Shown here: positions 23,501 through 36,009 of the stretch, piece after piece | Layout of the letters: each line of letters begins with the position of its first letter | How positions within the stretch are numbered: the stretch's first letter is position 1 | Assembly (NCBI RefSeq): GCF_006345805.1 | Contig: NC_042997.1 | Span: forward strand, 111,414,001-111,478,000 | Direction of reading: 5' to 3' | Length of the DNA stretch: 64,000 bases | Source: Octopus sinensis | Taxonomy: Eukaryota | Made by a program: the position numbers and the translations under genes | The notes under the pieces: generated by a model | Database searches by the model: none | What the model saw: only the letters and a program-made list of their open reading frames with translations | What the model was told of the DNA's origin: nothing

Positions 23501-23732
23501 AGGTGGTGAGCTGGCAGAATCATTATCACGCCGGGCAAAATGCTGAGCAGTATTTCGTCTGCCGTTACGTTCTGAGTTCAAATTCCGCCGAGGTCGACTT
23601 TGCCTTTCATCCTTTCGGGGTCGATAAATTAAGTACCAGTTACGCACTGGGGTCGATATAATCGACTTAATCCGTTTGTCTGTCCTTGTTTGTCCCCTCT
23701 GTGCTTAGCCCCTGGTGGGTAGTAAAGAAATA
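23501..23732 (+). mobile_element. Young Meta-type SINE monomer with TSD
   Basis: CpG-intact copy; 16-bp TSD GGTATAAGATG(G/A)CGGA at 23485-23500 and 23733-23748. Confidence 0.88.
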
Positions 23733-24169
23733 GGTATAAGATGACGGAGCAGGACACGAGTGACTATCGGTTGTTTCGGTACATCTTACAAAATGTTTTT
23801 CTGAATATCTACGTTCTGTGAATGTATCGGTTTAACATGGAGTAATTTATACACACACACTGTTATTGTCAACGACTGATACACATACATACACACAAAT
23901 TAAACTCTCTCACACTTAGTTGGCAACAACATAATACAGTTGTCCTAAATGGAAGTTAAGAGAGAGAGTGTGTGTGTGTGAAAGGAGGTCAGATGTACTT
24001 GAAACAGCGTCATTCCGGTCATCCTGGGTCTTTGTGTTGCCTCTCTCCTTTACAATTTATACCCTTTTGAGATTGTCACACACCCGTCCTCATTACCCAC
24101 ACCGTTCACACTATCTAATGAATAAAATAGCTGGCCGATATAAATTTCTATTTTAATTTCATGGCTGAC

Positions 24170-24540
24170 TTTCGTGTTTGCCTTTCTCGCTTCTTCCTGT
24201 CTTTCTCCCCCACTGTCTCTCTTTCTTTCTTTCTACCTCCTTCTCTCTCTATCCATTTCTGCCTGACTTGCTTTCTTCCTTCCTCTCTCCCTCTCTCCAT
24301 TTCTGCCTGACTTGCTTTCTTCCTTCCTCTCTTGCTTTCTCTCTCCTCTTTACCTGTCTTGCCTTCTGTCTCTCTCCCTGCTCTCTTTCTCACCCTCCCT
24401 CCCTTCTACATTTCACCGATTCTTTCTCCCTCCTTCGTTGCGTATCCTTCTCTATCTTTCCCCATCTCTCTCACCCTCCGTCTTCCTTTTTCTCCCCCCC
24501 ACGCTTTTCTCTCTATTTCTCTCTCTCTCTCTGTTCCTCA
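24170..24540. repeat. Polypyrimidine/polypurine (CT-rich) low-complexity tract
   Basis: About 370 bp dominated by C/T on the plus strand. Confidence 0.9.
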
Positions 24541-24872
24541 TTCACTCACACCACTACTCACTCATGTCGTCACAACTCGTCCATGAATGAAGCTGAAGGC
24601 GGGAATCTGATGAAATAAAATGATAAAAATCTCTTGTTTAAACAACATTACGCAATGGCACGGGAACGGCTCCAGCTTCCTTCGTAATTCTTCTACAATT
24701 AGATACGACGGAACTTAATTAGATTTTTATTATTAACTTTTTCTGAAGAAAAAAAAAATGCAGATCAATACTTCTGAAGAATTATATACATATGTGTTAA
24801 TGTGTGTATATATGCATGTGTGTTTATGTATGCATGTGTATACGTATGTGTATATATGTCTATATCTATCTA

Positions 24873-24904
<32 letters not shown>

Positions 24905-25259
24905 CATACACACACACACAATCTTTATACATCTTAATGTGTATATGTTTATAAGGGCCTTACTGGATGGAGGAACGTTATTTCAAATCAGATTTGGCCC
25001 ATGTGGGGTCTGCCAAAGGCATTTACGGTGCCTGCCAAGTGGTGATGCTAAACCAAATGACGGATGAAGTTTGTCACCCCCCCCCAAAAAAAAAAAAAAC
25101 CAGACGACGGATTAAATTTATCCCCCACCTCCATGTAGGTCTTTTGCAGGATATGAACTAAGAACGCAAGGAACCAGAACAAATACTTGAAGACATCTGA
25201 TCCTTACAGTTCCACCAGTCTATCGCCTTGGATTGATATTGGTATCCCGCTGGAATTCT

Positions 25260-25618
25260 TTTATTTGTTTCAGTCATTTGACTGCGACCATGCTGGAGCA
25301 CCGCCTTTAGTCGAACAGATCGCCCCAGGACTTATTCTTCGTAAGCCTGGTACTTATTCTATCGGTCTCTTTTTGCCGAACCTCTGAGTTACGGGGACGT
25401 AACCACCAACATCGGTGGGGGATAAACACACACACACACACATCTACCGACCTACCTACCTACAACGGACTTCTTTCAGTTTCCGTCTACCAAATCCACT
25501 CACGAGGCTTTGGTCGGCCTGAGGCTATAGTACAAGACACTTGCCCAAAGTGGAACTGAACCCAGGGCTATGTGGTTGGTAAGCAAACTACTTACCATAC
25601 AGCCACTCCTGCGCCTAT
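25260..25618 (-). mobile_element. CORE-type SINE, near full length
   Basis: Tail, body, (CA)n, core and head ending ..CACTCCTGCGCC. Confidence 0.82.
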
Positions 25619-25713
25619 GGAATGTGTAAAAAAAATAACTGCTGAGCTCACACACATACATACTGACACATCACAATTTTTTTTTCAAAATTTCAGCTGA
25701 GCATTCTTACACA

Positions 25714-26419
25714 TGTGCCCCCTCCGCCCCGGAATTTGTTTCCTCATAACTTCCAGAAAATTGGTTATTTTTTAACGAAAATTTCTACAAATGCATTTCA
25801 GATGGTATAAATTCTGATTATATTGGAATTTGTTGTGAAAAAAGTTTTGTATGGGTGGGAAGAAGAGTTTTAGAAAATTCTCACAAATTGGCTGCTTTGT
25901 TTTGTTGTAACTTCCAGACAAATGGGTTTTTTAAAAAGAAATTCTCTACAAATATTTTTCAGAGTGTGTAAATTAAGATTATATCGGAATTTGTTGTGAA
26001 AAGAAAAACAGTGAGCACGCACTCATACATACTGACACACATCGTAATTTTTTTCCAAAATTTCAAATTTCATTTTGTAGATATATATTTGATATGTGTC
26101 AATATGTATGTGTAAAAGTCCACCAAATTTGGTTTTCATATTAAATTCCAATATAACTGAAATCTACACACTCTGAAAGATAATTTTAGAAAATTTCATT
26201 AAAAATTACCCATTTTACTGAAAGCTATGACAAAAGAAAGGCGACTTGTGTGAATTTTCGAAAACTCTTCACCATGCCATTGGAAAAAATTTTCTTGCCA
26301 TATATTCCAATGAAATCAGAATGTACACTTCTGAAGCATATTTGTAGGAAATTTCATTAAAAAATATCCATTTTGCTGTAAGTTATGAGGAAACAAAGTC
26401 AAATGGGGGTGGGTGCACA
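25714..26419. mobile_element. Foldback-type MITE with long imperfect TIRs built of subrepeats
   Basis: ~115-bp inverted ends (TTTGTTTCCTCATAACTT.. / ..AAGTTATGAGGAAACAAA) plus a second inverted subrepeat pair internally. Confidence 0.65.
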
Positions 26420-26929
26420 CTTGCATAAGTATTCTTCTCTGCCCATTTTATATTTTATTATCGACCCTCAAGAATAAGTAAGGTAACCTCAGTGGGATTT
26501 GAACTCAGAACAGCAGGTGTCAAACCAAACACTTAAACTTTTGACAAATCGGTTGATGAACACTTGAGATGTGTCACCTATGGAATATTTTTATTGGTTT
26601 AAACTTCCACCACCTCCTGGGTCGATGGAACTAAATACAGTACCAACTATATAATGGTGTCAGTTTGACTATATTCCTGCTCTAAATTGTGACTGATGGA
26701 AATCCTTATTATTAAATATTGCAGCAAGCTGGCAGAAATGTTGGTGCTGCAAACAAAATGCTTAATGGCGTTTCTTTTGGTTCCTCCTTGCTGTGTTCAA
26801 AATCTACAAAGGTCAACTTTGCTTTCATCCTTTGGTGGGGGTCAATAAAATAAGTACAGTGATATGTCACTTCATGAGGACCCGTTTTACGAGACCCCAG
26901 GTTTACAAGTTTTGTTTTGCAGCTCACTT

Positions 26930-27413
26930 TTGAATGGTGAGCTGAACGAAATACAAAAGTTTCTACTACCATAACAAATGGCTTCAGTATGTTATCAAGA
27001 AATTTATAGAGAGCGAAAAATGTTCCTTCTAAGCAAACAACTCTAGACTTGTTTTTCAAAAAGAAATCTACAAGTCTGTCTACAAGTGCTTGTGAATTGG
27101 CGATCACATCTACAAGTGATGGTGTGCGCGAGTCTAGTGCGAGTGAAAGTGATTCAGAAAACAATAATAATATTTTTTTATTATAAATGATCTTGACATT
27201 CTTTTTATTTTCCATAGCATATTCTTTACATTTTACTGTTATTTTATTGTCATTCGTTTATGAGTGTTACAAATGTTATTGGTAAGATATTCTTCTGGGA
27301 ACAAATTACAATTTATAACATTGCTACTATGGTAAATTCTGCACTGCTTTACGTGTTTTGGCTTCACAAGCAGACTCCAGGAACAAATTAACCTGTATAT
27401 CCAGGCATTACTG
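26930..27413 (+). mobile_element. Tigger/pogo transposon 3' remnant
   Basis: Frameshifted C-terminus CYQEIYRERK / KQTTLDLFFKKK; Tigger-like end GGAACAAATTA..CCAGGCATTACTG followed by TA. Confidence 0.65.
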
Positions 27414-27519
27414 TATAATCTGGAGGTCAGTGTAATTGACTTACTGTTTCCCTAAAATTGCTGGCCTTGTGCAAAAATTTGAACGGATTACTATTATTGT
27501 AATTATACCAATAAAGGTG

Positions 27520-27830
27520 GCACGTAAGAAACATCATTCAAGCATGGTTGATGCCAGTGCTGCCTGACTAGCTTCCATGCTGGTGGCACGTAAAAAGTAC
27601 CGTTTGAGTGTGGTCAATGCCGGTGTCGCCTCATTGGCCCATGTGCCGGTAGCACATAAAAAGCACCCACTGCATTCTCAGAATGAAGTGGTTGGTGTTA
27701 GGAAGAGCATCCATCTGTAGATCAGTTTGGAGCCTGGTGCAGCCTTCTAGCTTGCCAGTCCTCAGTCAAACTAGTTAACCCATGCCAGTATGGATAGTGG
27801 GCATTAAACAAAGATGATGACGATGATTAT
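27520..27830 (+). mobile_element. RTE LINE 3' UTR and tail fragment
   Basis: GGTGGCACGTAAAAAG subrepeats and family tail ending in (GAT)n. Confidence 0.7.
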
Positions 27831-28733
27831 TCTGGTGGTGAACTAGCAGAATCGTGACCATTCCAGACAAAATCAGGAGCATCTCTTCTAGTGCTTCATG
27901 ATCTTTTTGTCCAAATCTTGCCAAGATCAGCTTTGGTTTTCATCCTTTTCTGATCAATAAAAAAAAGCTATTGTTTGAACAGTGGAGTCAATATGGTTGA
28001 CTTACCCAGCCCCTTAAATTGCTGACCTTGTGCAAAAGTTTGAGACTATCAGTTGGTATTCCTTTTGGCTCCTTTAAAGTGTAAGTTCAAGGTCAGCTTT
28101 TATCCATCCAAGGTTGATAAAATAAAGTAACAGTCAAGTATTGGAGACGTCAGTTTCCACCAAGGTGCTTTCCTAAAATTTCAGGCTTTGTGCTGAAAAC
28201 TGAAAGCATTTATCTTTTAAAATAGATGTAAGTTTTGAAAATTAGAATTTCCTGAAAATTGTGATATTTAAAAATTTCATTTTACTAAGACCCATACAGA
28301 TGCACGAGGCAGACAAGGATACATACACAAATATGTATACATGTATTTTGCAGACACATATGGTCCGGGCTCACATGTATGTGTACAAGTATGGTGCAAA
28401 TTTACATGTACGCATATGTATATCTACATGGTTGATGCAAACACACTAACATGCATATAGAACTTGAAAAAGAAAAAAATTTATACATGTGACACCGCTA
28501 CACATACTGCACATCCCACCCCCACAGGAGGAACACATTAATAATACACGCTTTCCTCACTTCAAGACAACTCTTGCTGGCTTCACAGCAGACCTTTCCA
28601 AGGGACATGACTCCTAAACCAATCCCTTTGGTCCCTTTTTTGTTCCATCACCTTTTCCACAGCAGTCACTGACCAATTGTGCTAATCCACCTCCAGTAAT
28701 ACAGAGCATTCGCCATATTCCCTTCCATATCAA

Positions 28734-28813
28734 CTAACTCTGATGAGCGTAAAGTTATATAATCGGTTTGTTATCTAACACTCCATTGTATTCTTTATGC
28801 GAAACCAATTAGT
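28734..28813 (+). ncRNA. Degenerate minimal hammerhead-like motif (second family)
   Basis: CUAACU-CUGAUGA-GCGUAAAG..CUUUAUGC-GAAA-CCAA-UU/AGU: 8-bp stem II, only 3 bp of stem I retained. Confidence 0.45.
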
Positions 28814-28861
28814 AATATCGGCCATGATGGATATTTAATACTATACATTTCAGATAATATA

Positions 28862-31199
28862 TCATCATCATCATCATTTAACGTCCGCTTTCCATGCTAG
28901 CATGGGTTGGACGGTTCAACTGGGGTCTGGGGAGCCCGAAAGCTGCACCAGTCCAGTCAGATCTGGCAGTGTTTCTACAGCTGGATGCCCTTCCTAACGC
29001 CAACCACTCCGAGAGTGTAGTGGGTGATTTTATGTGCCACCGACACAGGTGCCAGACGAGGCTGGCAAACGGCCACGCTCGGATGGTGTTTTTTATGTGC
29101 CACCGACACAGGTGCCAGACGAGGCTGGCACTGGTACCACAAAGATACAAATTCCATTGATGTTCATCTATTTTGATTTGTTTTGATTTTCACTTGCCTC
29201 AACAGGTCTTCACAAGTGTCACAAGAAGGAAGGTATGCACAGGTGGACTGACTACGTCCCAGGTAGGGGCCACAGGTTATGGCCTGACTAGTCTTGCCGG
29301 GTCTTCGGATGGTGTTTTTATGTGCCACCAACACAGATGAGGCTGGCGAACGGCCACGATCGGATGGTGTTTGTTACGTGCCCACAGCACGGAGGCCAGT
29401 CGGTGCGGTACTGGCTACGGCCACGTTCGGATGGTTTTCTTGTGTGCCACCGGCACTGGTACCACAAAGATACATTTCCATTAATGTTCATCTATTTTGA
29501 TTTGTTTTGATTTGATTTGATTTGATTTGTTTTGATTTCATTTTGATTTTCACTTGCCTCAACAGGCCTTCACAAGTATCACAAGGAGGAAGGTATGCAC
29601 AGGTGGACTGACTACGTCCCAGGTAGGGGCCATGGGATATGGCCTGACTAGTCTTGCCGGGTCTTCGGATGGTGTTTTTATGTGCCAGCGACACAGGTGC
29701 TAGATGAGGCTGGCGAACGGCCACGATCGGATGGTGTTTGTTATGTGCTCACAGCACGATGGCCAGTCGATGCGGTACTGACTACGGCCACGTTCGGATG
29801 GATTTCTTGTGTGCCACAGGCACTGGTACCACAAAGATACAAATTCCATTGATGTTCATCTATTTTGATTTGATTTGATTTTCACTTGCCTCAACAGGTC
29901 TTCACAAGTGTCACAAGAAGGAAGGTATGCACAGGTGGACTGACTAGTCTTGCCGGGTCTTCGGAAGGTGTTTTTATGTGCCACCGACACAGGTGCCAGA
30001 TGAGGCTGGCGAATGGCCATGATCGGATGGTGTTTGTTACGTGCCCACAGCACGGAGGCCGGTCGATGCGGAACTGGCTACGGCCACGTTCGGACGGTTC
30101 TCTTGTGTGCCACCGGCACTGGTACCACAAAGTGTGTGCCACCGGCACTGGTACCACAAAGATACAGATTCCATTGATGTTCATCTATTTTGATTTTCAC
30201 TTGCCTCAACAGGTCTTCACAAGTGTCACAAGAAGGAAGGTATGCACAGGTGGACTGACTACGTCCCAGGTAGGGGCCATGGGTTATGGCCTGACTAGTC
30301 TTGCCGGGTCTTCGGATGGTGTTTTTATGTGCCACCGACACAGGTGCTAGATGAGGCTGGCGAACGGCCACGATCGGATGGTGTTTGTCATGTGCCCACA
30401 GCACGGAGGCCAGTCGATGCGGTACTGGCTACGGCCACTTTCGGATGGTTTTCTCTTGTGTGCCACCGGCACTGGTACCACAAAGATACAAATTCCATTC
30501 ATGTTCATCTATTTTGATTTGTTTTGATTTGATTTTGATTTTCACTTGCCTCAACAGGCCTTCACAAGTATCACAAGGAGGAAGGAGGAAGGTGTGCACA
30601 GGTGGACTGACTACGTCCCAGGTAGGGGCCATGGGTTATGGCCTGACTAGTCTTGCCGGGTCTTCGGATGGTGTTTTTATGTGCCACCGACACAGGTGCT
30701 AGATGAGGCTGCCGAACGGCCACGACCGGATGGTGTTTGTTATGTGCCCACAGCACGATGGCCAGTGATGCGGTACTGACTACGGCCACATTCGGATGGA
30801 TTCTTGTGTGCCACCGGCACTGGTACCACAAGCGGTACTGACTACGGCCACGTTCGGATGGATTCTTGTGTGCCACCGGCACTGGTACCACAAAGATACA
30901 AATTCCATTGATGTTCATCTATTTTGATTTGTTTTGATTTTCACTTGCCTCAACAGGTCTTCACAAGTGTCACAAGAAGGAAGGTATGTACAGGTGGACT
31001 GACTACGTCCCAGGTAGGGCTCACGGGTTATGACCTGACTAGTCTTGCCGGGTCTTCGGATGGTGTTTTTATGTGCCACCATGTTCCCACAGCACGGAGG
31101 CCAGTCGATGCAGTACTGGCTACGGCCACGTTCGGATGGTTTTCTTGTGTCCCACAGGCACTGGTACCACAAAGATACAAATTCCATTGATGTTCATCT
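28862..31199 (-). repeat. Tandem array of ~340-bp units derived from an RTE 3' end, finished by one RTE tail
   Basis: Marker TGGTACCACAAAGATACA at ~29132, 29457, 29824, 30141, 30473, 30881 and 31162; single tail and (ATC)n at 28862-29030. Confidence 0.9.
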
Positions 31200-31264
31200 G
31201 TGTCTATATATACAGATGCATTGTTGTAGAACTCTGTAGAGAGATGCACGTATACTCTACTCTT

Positions 31265-31880
31265 TTTTTTTACCTGTTTCAGTCTTTTGACTGTGACCAT
31301 GCTGGAGCATGGCCTTTAGTCAAACAAATCGATTTCAGGACTTTTTCTTTGTAAGCCTGGTACTTATTCTATTGGTCTCTTTTGCAAAACTGCTAAGTTA
31401 TGGGAATGTAAACAGACTAACATCGGTTGTCAAGCAAATGTGCGGGGTGGGGTGGGGGCAAACACAGACACACACATATATCATCATCATCGTTTAATGT
31501 CCGTTTTCCGCGCTGGCACGGGTTGGACGGTTCAACTGGTGTCTGGGAAGCCAGGAGGCTGCACCAGGCTCCAGTCTGATCTGGCAATGTTTCTACAGCT
31601 GGATGCCCTTCCTAACGACAACCACTCCGTGAGTGTAGTGGGTGCTTTTTACGTGCCACTGGTACAGAAGCCAGTCAAGGCGGCGCTGCCATCGGCCACG
31701 TTTGGATGGTGCTTTTTACGTGCCACACACGCACGCACGCATGACAGGCTTCTTTCAGTTTATCTCTACCAAATCCACTCACAAAGCTTTTAGTTGGCCT
31801 GAAGCTATAGTAGAAGACACTTGCCCAAGGTACCATGCAGTAGGACTGAACTTGGAACCATGTAGTTGGGAAGCAAGCTA
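31265..31880 (-). mobile_element. CORE-type SINE with an RTE 3' fragment (31480-31730) nested in its microsatellite
   Basis: SINE 3' half 31265-31460, RTE tail and subrepeat, SINE core/head 31740-31880. Confidence 0.75.
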
Positions 31881-33091
31881 CTTTATTTCAAAATTTTGCC
31901 AGAAAGGCATAACACAGAGGGAGTAGCTTGCAGGCTGGACAAAAACATTGATGAGATAAATGATGAAAAAGGATGATATTGATGGGAGAAGACAAAAGAC
32001 ACCTGCTGATTTTTTTGCTTCTCTAAAATATTATTCTTTTTGCTTTTTTACACAGTAAAAACAAGACGCAGTATTAAACCTCTTACTTTAGTTCCATAGT
32101 TCATCATGAATTGAGGCTCTGAGCCTCTTACAAACAATAAACTCAAAGCACAAAACAAAACAACAGACCAAGGCATTAAACCTTTTACTTTAATTTTGAT
32201 ACACAATACAAGGCACTAAGCCTCTTAATTTTTCCACCCCACTGTCACCTGACCAGGCTCAGTGACAAACTGAAGCACCTAGATGGTGTTAGGTCAGAAC
32301 TTTTTGGTAAAAAGTGAAATGTGTCCTCAGGGAAGGACTTTATTATCTCAAACAAGTTCTTTTCCCACACGACCTCCGCAGCTACCTGTGGAGGCCAATC
32401 AGGGTTCTTGATACAGGTACTCATTCCTTCTCATCGACTTTTTTTATTAAACTTTTTAATCATTTTTTAAATTTCCCCTCCCCTGTGGCACAGGACTACA
32501 AATTCCTCCTCTACATAGGGAGAGTCCTCAAATCCCCCTTCTGGTGGCACAATTCCCACCGAAGCGACTTCAGGACATGCCAGCAGTGTACTAGCAAGCT
32601 ACTTACCACACAGCCACTCCTGCACCTAAATGTCCTAAATTTCAAAATTAAATCTCTAATGTATGTGCATGTGTATATTTGTATGTATGTATGCATGGAT
32701 ATGAATGTATGTATATTAATTGTAGACTGCTGTAATTAATTCTCCAGTATTGATCACTTGTTCATTAGTTCATTATCAACCCATATACATATGTTCTAAT
32801 TTTCATTGTTTCATTCTGGTTCTTTTCACTAGCCTGGGTATATAAGTGTACTTCTAGCATTGAAGAAGCCATTAACTTCCAACCAGGGTATCTAAAGAGT
32901 CTTGAAATTGCAATACACACTTACAAAGCAACAGTAACATTCTGACCTTTTCTATGCCATAACCACTAATAGCCTGCTTGAAGACATAAATATATAACTG
33001 CTCTTTGGCTCATATTGAGTATGAATAAATAAGCATTACATTTGACTGAATAATCTAAATGCTAAAGAACACTCGTCAAGCAAATTCAATT

Positions 33092-33674
33092 TTGTTAGAC
33101 TGCGAAGACCTGTTGAGGCAAGTGAAATCAAAATCAAATTCGATGACTGGCACCTGTGCTAGCGGGGTGCAAAGAGCACCATATGAGTGTGATCATTGAC
33201 AGAGCGGCTAACCAGCTTTCATGCCAGTGGCACATAAAAGGCACCATTTGAGCATGATCGTTACCAGTGTTGCCTTACTGGCACTTTAGCCCCGTGCTAG
33301 TAGGGTGCTAAGAGCACCATCCGAGCGTGATCGTTGCCAGAGCAGCCAACTGGCTACCATGCCGGTGGCACGTAAAAGGTACCATTCGAGTGTGATCATT
33401 ACCAGCATCGCCTTACTGGCACCTGTGCCGGTGGCATGTGTAAAAAGATTCAAACAAGGTCGTTGCCAGTACCGCCTGACTGGCCCCCATGCTAGTGGCA
33501 CGTAAAAAGCACCCACTACACTCTTGGAGTGGTTGGCATTAGGAAGGGCATCCAGCTGTAGAAACTCTGCCAGATCAGATTGGAGCCTGGTGCAGCCATC
33601 TTGTTCACCAGCCCTCAGTCAAATCGTCCAATCCATGTTAGCATGGAAAGCAGACGTTAAATGATGATGATGAT
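33092..33674 (+). mobile_element. RTE LINE 3' UTR with multiple subrepeats and tail
   Basis: GAAGACCTGTTGAGGCAAGTG hairpin region, about five GGTGGCAC subrepeats and the family tail. Confidence 0.75.
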
Positions 33675-34574
33675 ATAATCCATTAGAGTGGAAGCATGTC
33701 CATAGCAATGAGCCTTTCCTCCTTACAAAAGACATTTTCTTAGCATGGAAATAAATATTCCTGTTAAATTGACTCATTATGTCTTAAAATTGTCTCCCCT
33801 TTTTTTTCCACTCTCCAATTAAGAGGCAAATTACAATTAAAAGAGAACCAGATTGTCTGTCTCTTTACCAATCTATCCAGGGTATCTGCTTTGTTTAGCT
33901 CTGCAGAAGAATAGGGTAGCATATGGCTACTTATCAAAAATGCTGAGTAACACGAGCAGATTTGACTTACTTTCATATCAGTACATTAACAATAAATTAT
34001 TTGCAATTTTCACACGCTCTCTTTCTCTCTTTTCTCTCGTCCTCTCTCTTCCTCTTTCTCTCTTTTCTCTCTTCCTCTCTCTCTCTCTCTCTTTCTCTCT
34101 CTTCCTCTTTCTCTGATTACTTAATTATCATGTGACCAGCAAACACAATGACAAGCAAATAACTGAAATTGGTGAATGATATTCAAAACATTTTGCTAAG
34201 ATATGTTTTATCTCTCCCTACAGTAAAAGGAATAAATCCTCTCTTGATAAACTGGCTAAAACCAGACAGAGCTGGCCCGGTTGGGTTGTTCTTATTTGGT
34301 CAACACAGACTTGTACTTTTCTGTTGGGAAACAAATCTTAACCACACAGCTATGCTTCCACACACACGTGCACGTGTGTATTTGTTTCTTTCATATTTTT
34401 TCTCTTGTTTCAGTCACTATACTGTGGCCATGCTGGGCACTACCTCGAAGAATTTTTGGTCAAATGAATCGACCTCAGGACTTATGTTTTTAAGCCTGGA
34501 ACTTATTGTTGAGTGGTGGTAGGAGTTATAATTACAAAGACACACACGTATGCACACACACACACACATGCACA

Positions 34575-35257
34575 CGAGGGGAAATCAAACATCCGCACTT
34601 TTGCCATAACACATCTTTATTATCATCACACTGCATTCTCTGCGTATGCGTGTTTATAGTTGGTGCTATTGTGGTCACGGGATTGGACTTTGAGCCTGAT
34701 TGCAACATTTTTCTTTCTGGCTTTACAAAGTAAGCACAACCGCTCCACTAGCAATGTGCACCAAAGGACAGCAATGAGCAGAGATTCAATTTCTCTGGTC
34801 AGAAGGTGTCTCAGGAGTTGAAATTCATCAGAGGCTTTTGGTACATTTGGTTAATGGTTTCAATGGTCTGGGTAGCTGTGTGTGAGCATGAACTGTCATG
34901 TAACAAAAAAATTTTCTTTGACATTAGGCTTTGGCGTTTGGTGCAAATTGTTGGCTTCAGTTTGTTGGCCAGCAAAGCACTGTATCATGCACTTGTCATT
35001 GTACACATCTTTTCCAGCGCCTGAAATACCTTCCGACCAGAGAATTTGGATCACTGCTCATTGTTCTTCTTTGGTGCACACTGCTAGTGGAGTGGCCATG
35101 CTTACACTGTAGAGCCAGAAAGAGAAATGGTGTGATCAGGTTCGAAGTTCGATCACGTGACCACAATAGTACCAATTATACGCAAGCATGTGCAGAAGGC
35201 AGTGTGACAATAATGATATGTTATGGCAAAAGTACAGATAATTTTTGACTTTCCTTG
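34575..35257. mobile_element. Mariner-derived MITE with ~240-bp TIRs copied from the element's left end
   Basis: Inverted arms 34575-34815 and 35020-35257; the left arm carries a degraded mariner N-terminus (MCTK..FLWSEGVSGVEIH). Confidence 0.75.
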
Positions 35258-35329
35258 ATATATATTACAAGCTTCTTTCAGTTTCCATCTCCCAAGAGAT
35301 GTACAAATTTGTTCTTCACAACTCCTGGA

Positions 35330-36009
35330 CCTGCTTTCAGAAATGATCCATCCCATTCTTATAAAAATGATAACTCTGTCCAAATTGGTGTGCTAAACTC
35401 AAATTTTCATTTCTGAAAAGCTTTTAAATTTCCAAATGAAACTAATGGCATGTGCTGTTCAGGCAGTAAAGTAAGATTGCCAGCACTACCGGCTCTTCCG
35501 CAACCTCTTGTAGATCTTCTGGAAAGCACTTCCATCCAGTCAAAGAATTTTCTGAACAATATCAGACAGAACAACCCTGCATTTCAAATGACATTGTTTG
35601 GTGCATGGATTTACGCCAACATTCAAAGTCCAAGGGCAAGTCTGTCACCTCATTGCTTCTCTGTTACCCACAAATGAACAACCACAGTTCCTCCAAATTT
35701 ACTTTATTAGTGATGTAGGACAACAAACCCGAAGGAAGTGTCAGCATTTCAGATGGTGGGTCGTGTTAGACACAGCGCCGACTGCCGCAAAAGAGAGTAT
35801 ATCCACTGACAGCTTCTCGGTCCGTTCAAAAATCACATAACCCCCACAGGTTAAGACCTGAAATACTCCAAAGAGACGCATAGCATGTTGCACTCCACAA
35901 ATGTTTTGTTATCAATGCTGCACTTTCCTATATCACCTGTTTCAACATAACTGTAATATATTATATACAATGCCATTTCAATCCCGAGCAACGCTGGGTG
36001 TCTCTGCTA

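Noticed and set aside
26712-27215. 167-aa minus-strand ORF
   Set aside because: Antisense to the Tigger remnant and a SINE fragment; no recognisable domain.
28862-31199. Repeat-spacer appearance suggestive of a CRISPR array
   Set aside because: The whole ~340-bp unit is repeated, with no unique spacers; the sequence derives from an RTE 3' UTR in a eukaryotic context with no cas genes.
35040-35120. VVLxCTASG-like pogo DDE motif
   Set aside because: The segment is the inverted arm of the mariner-derived MITE, so the motif is coincidental.
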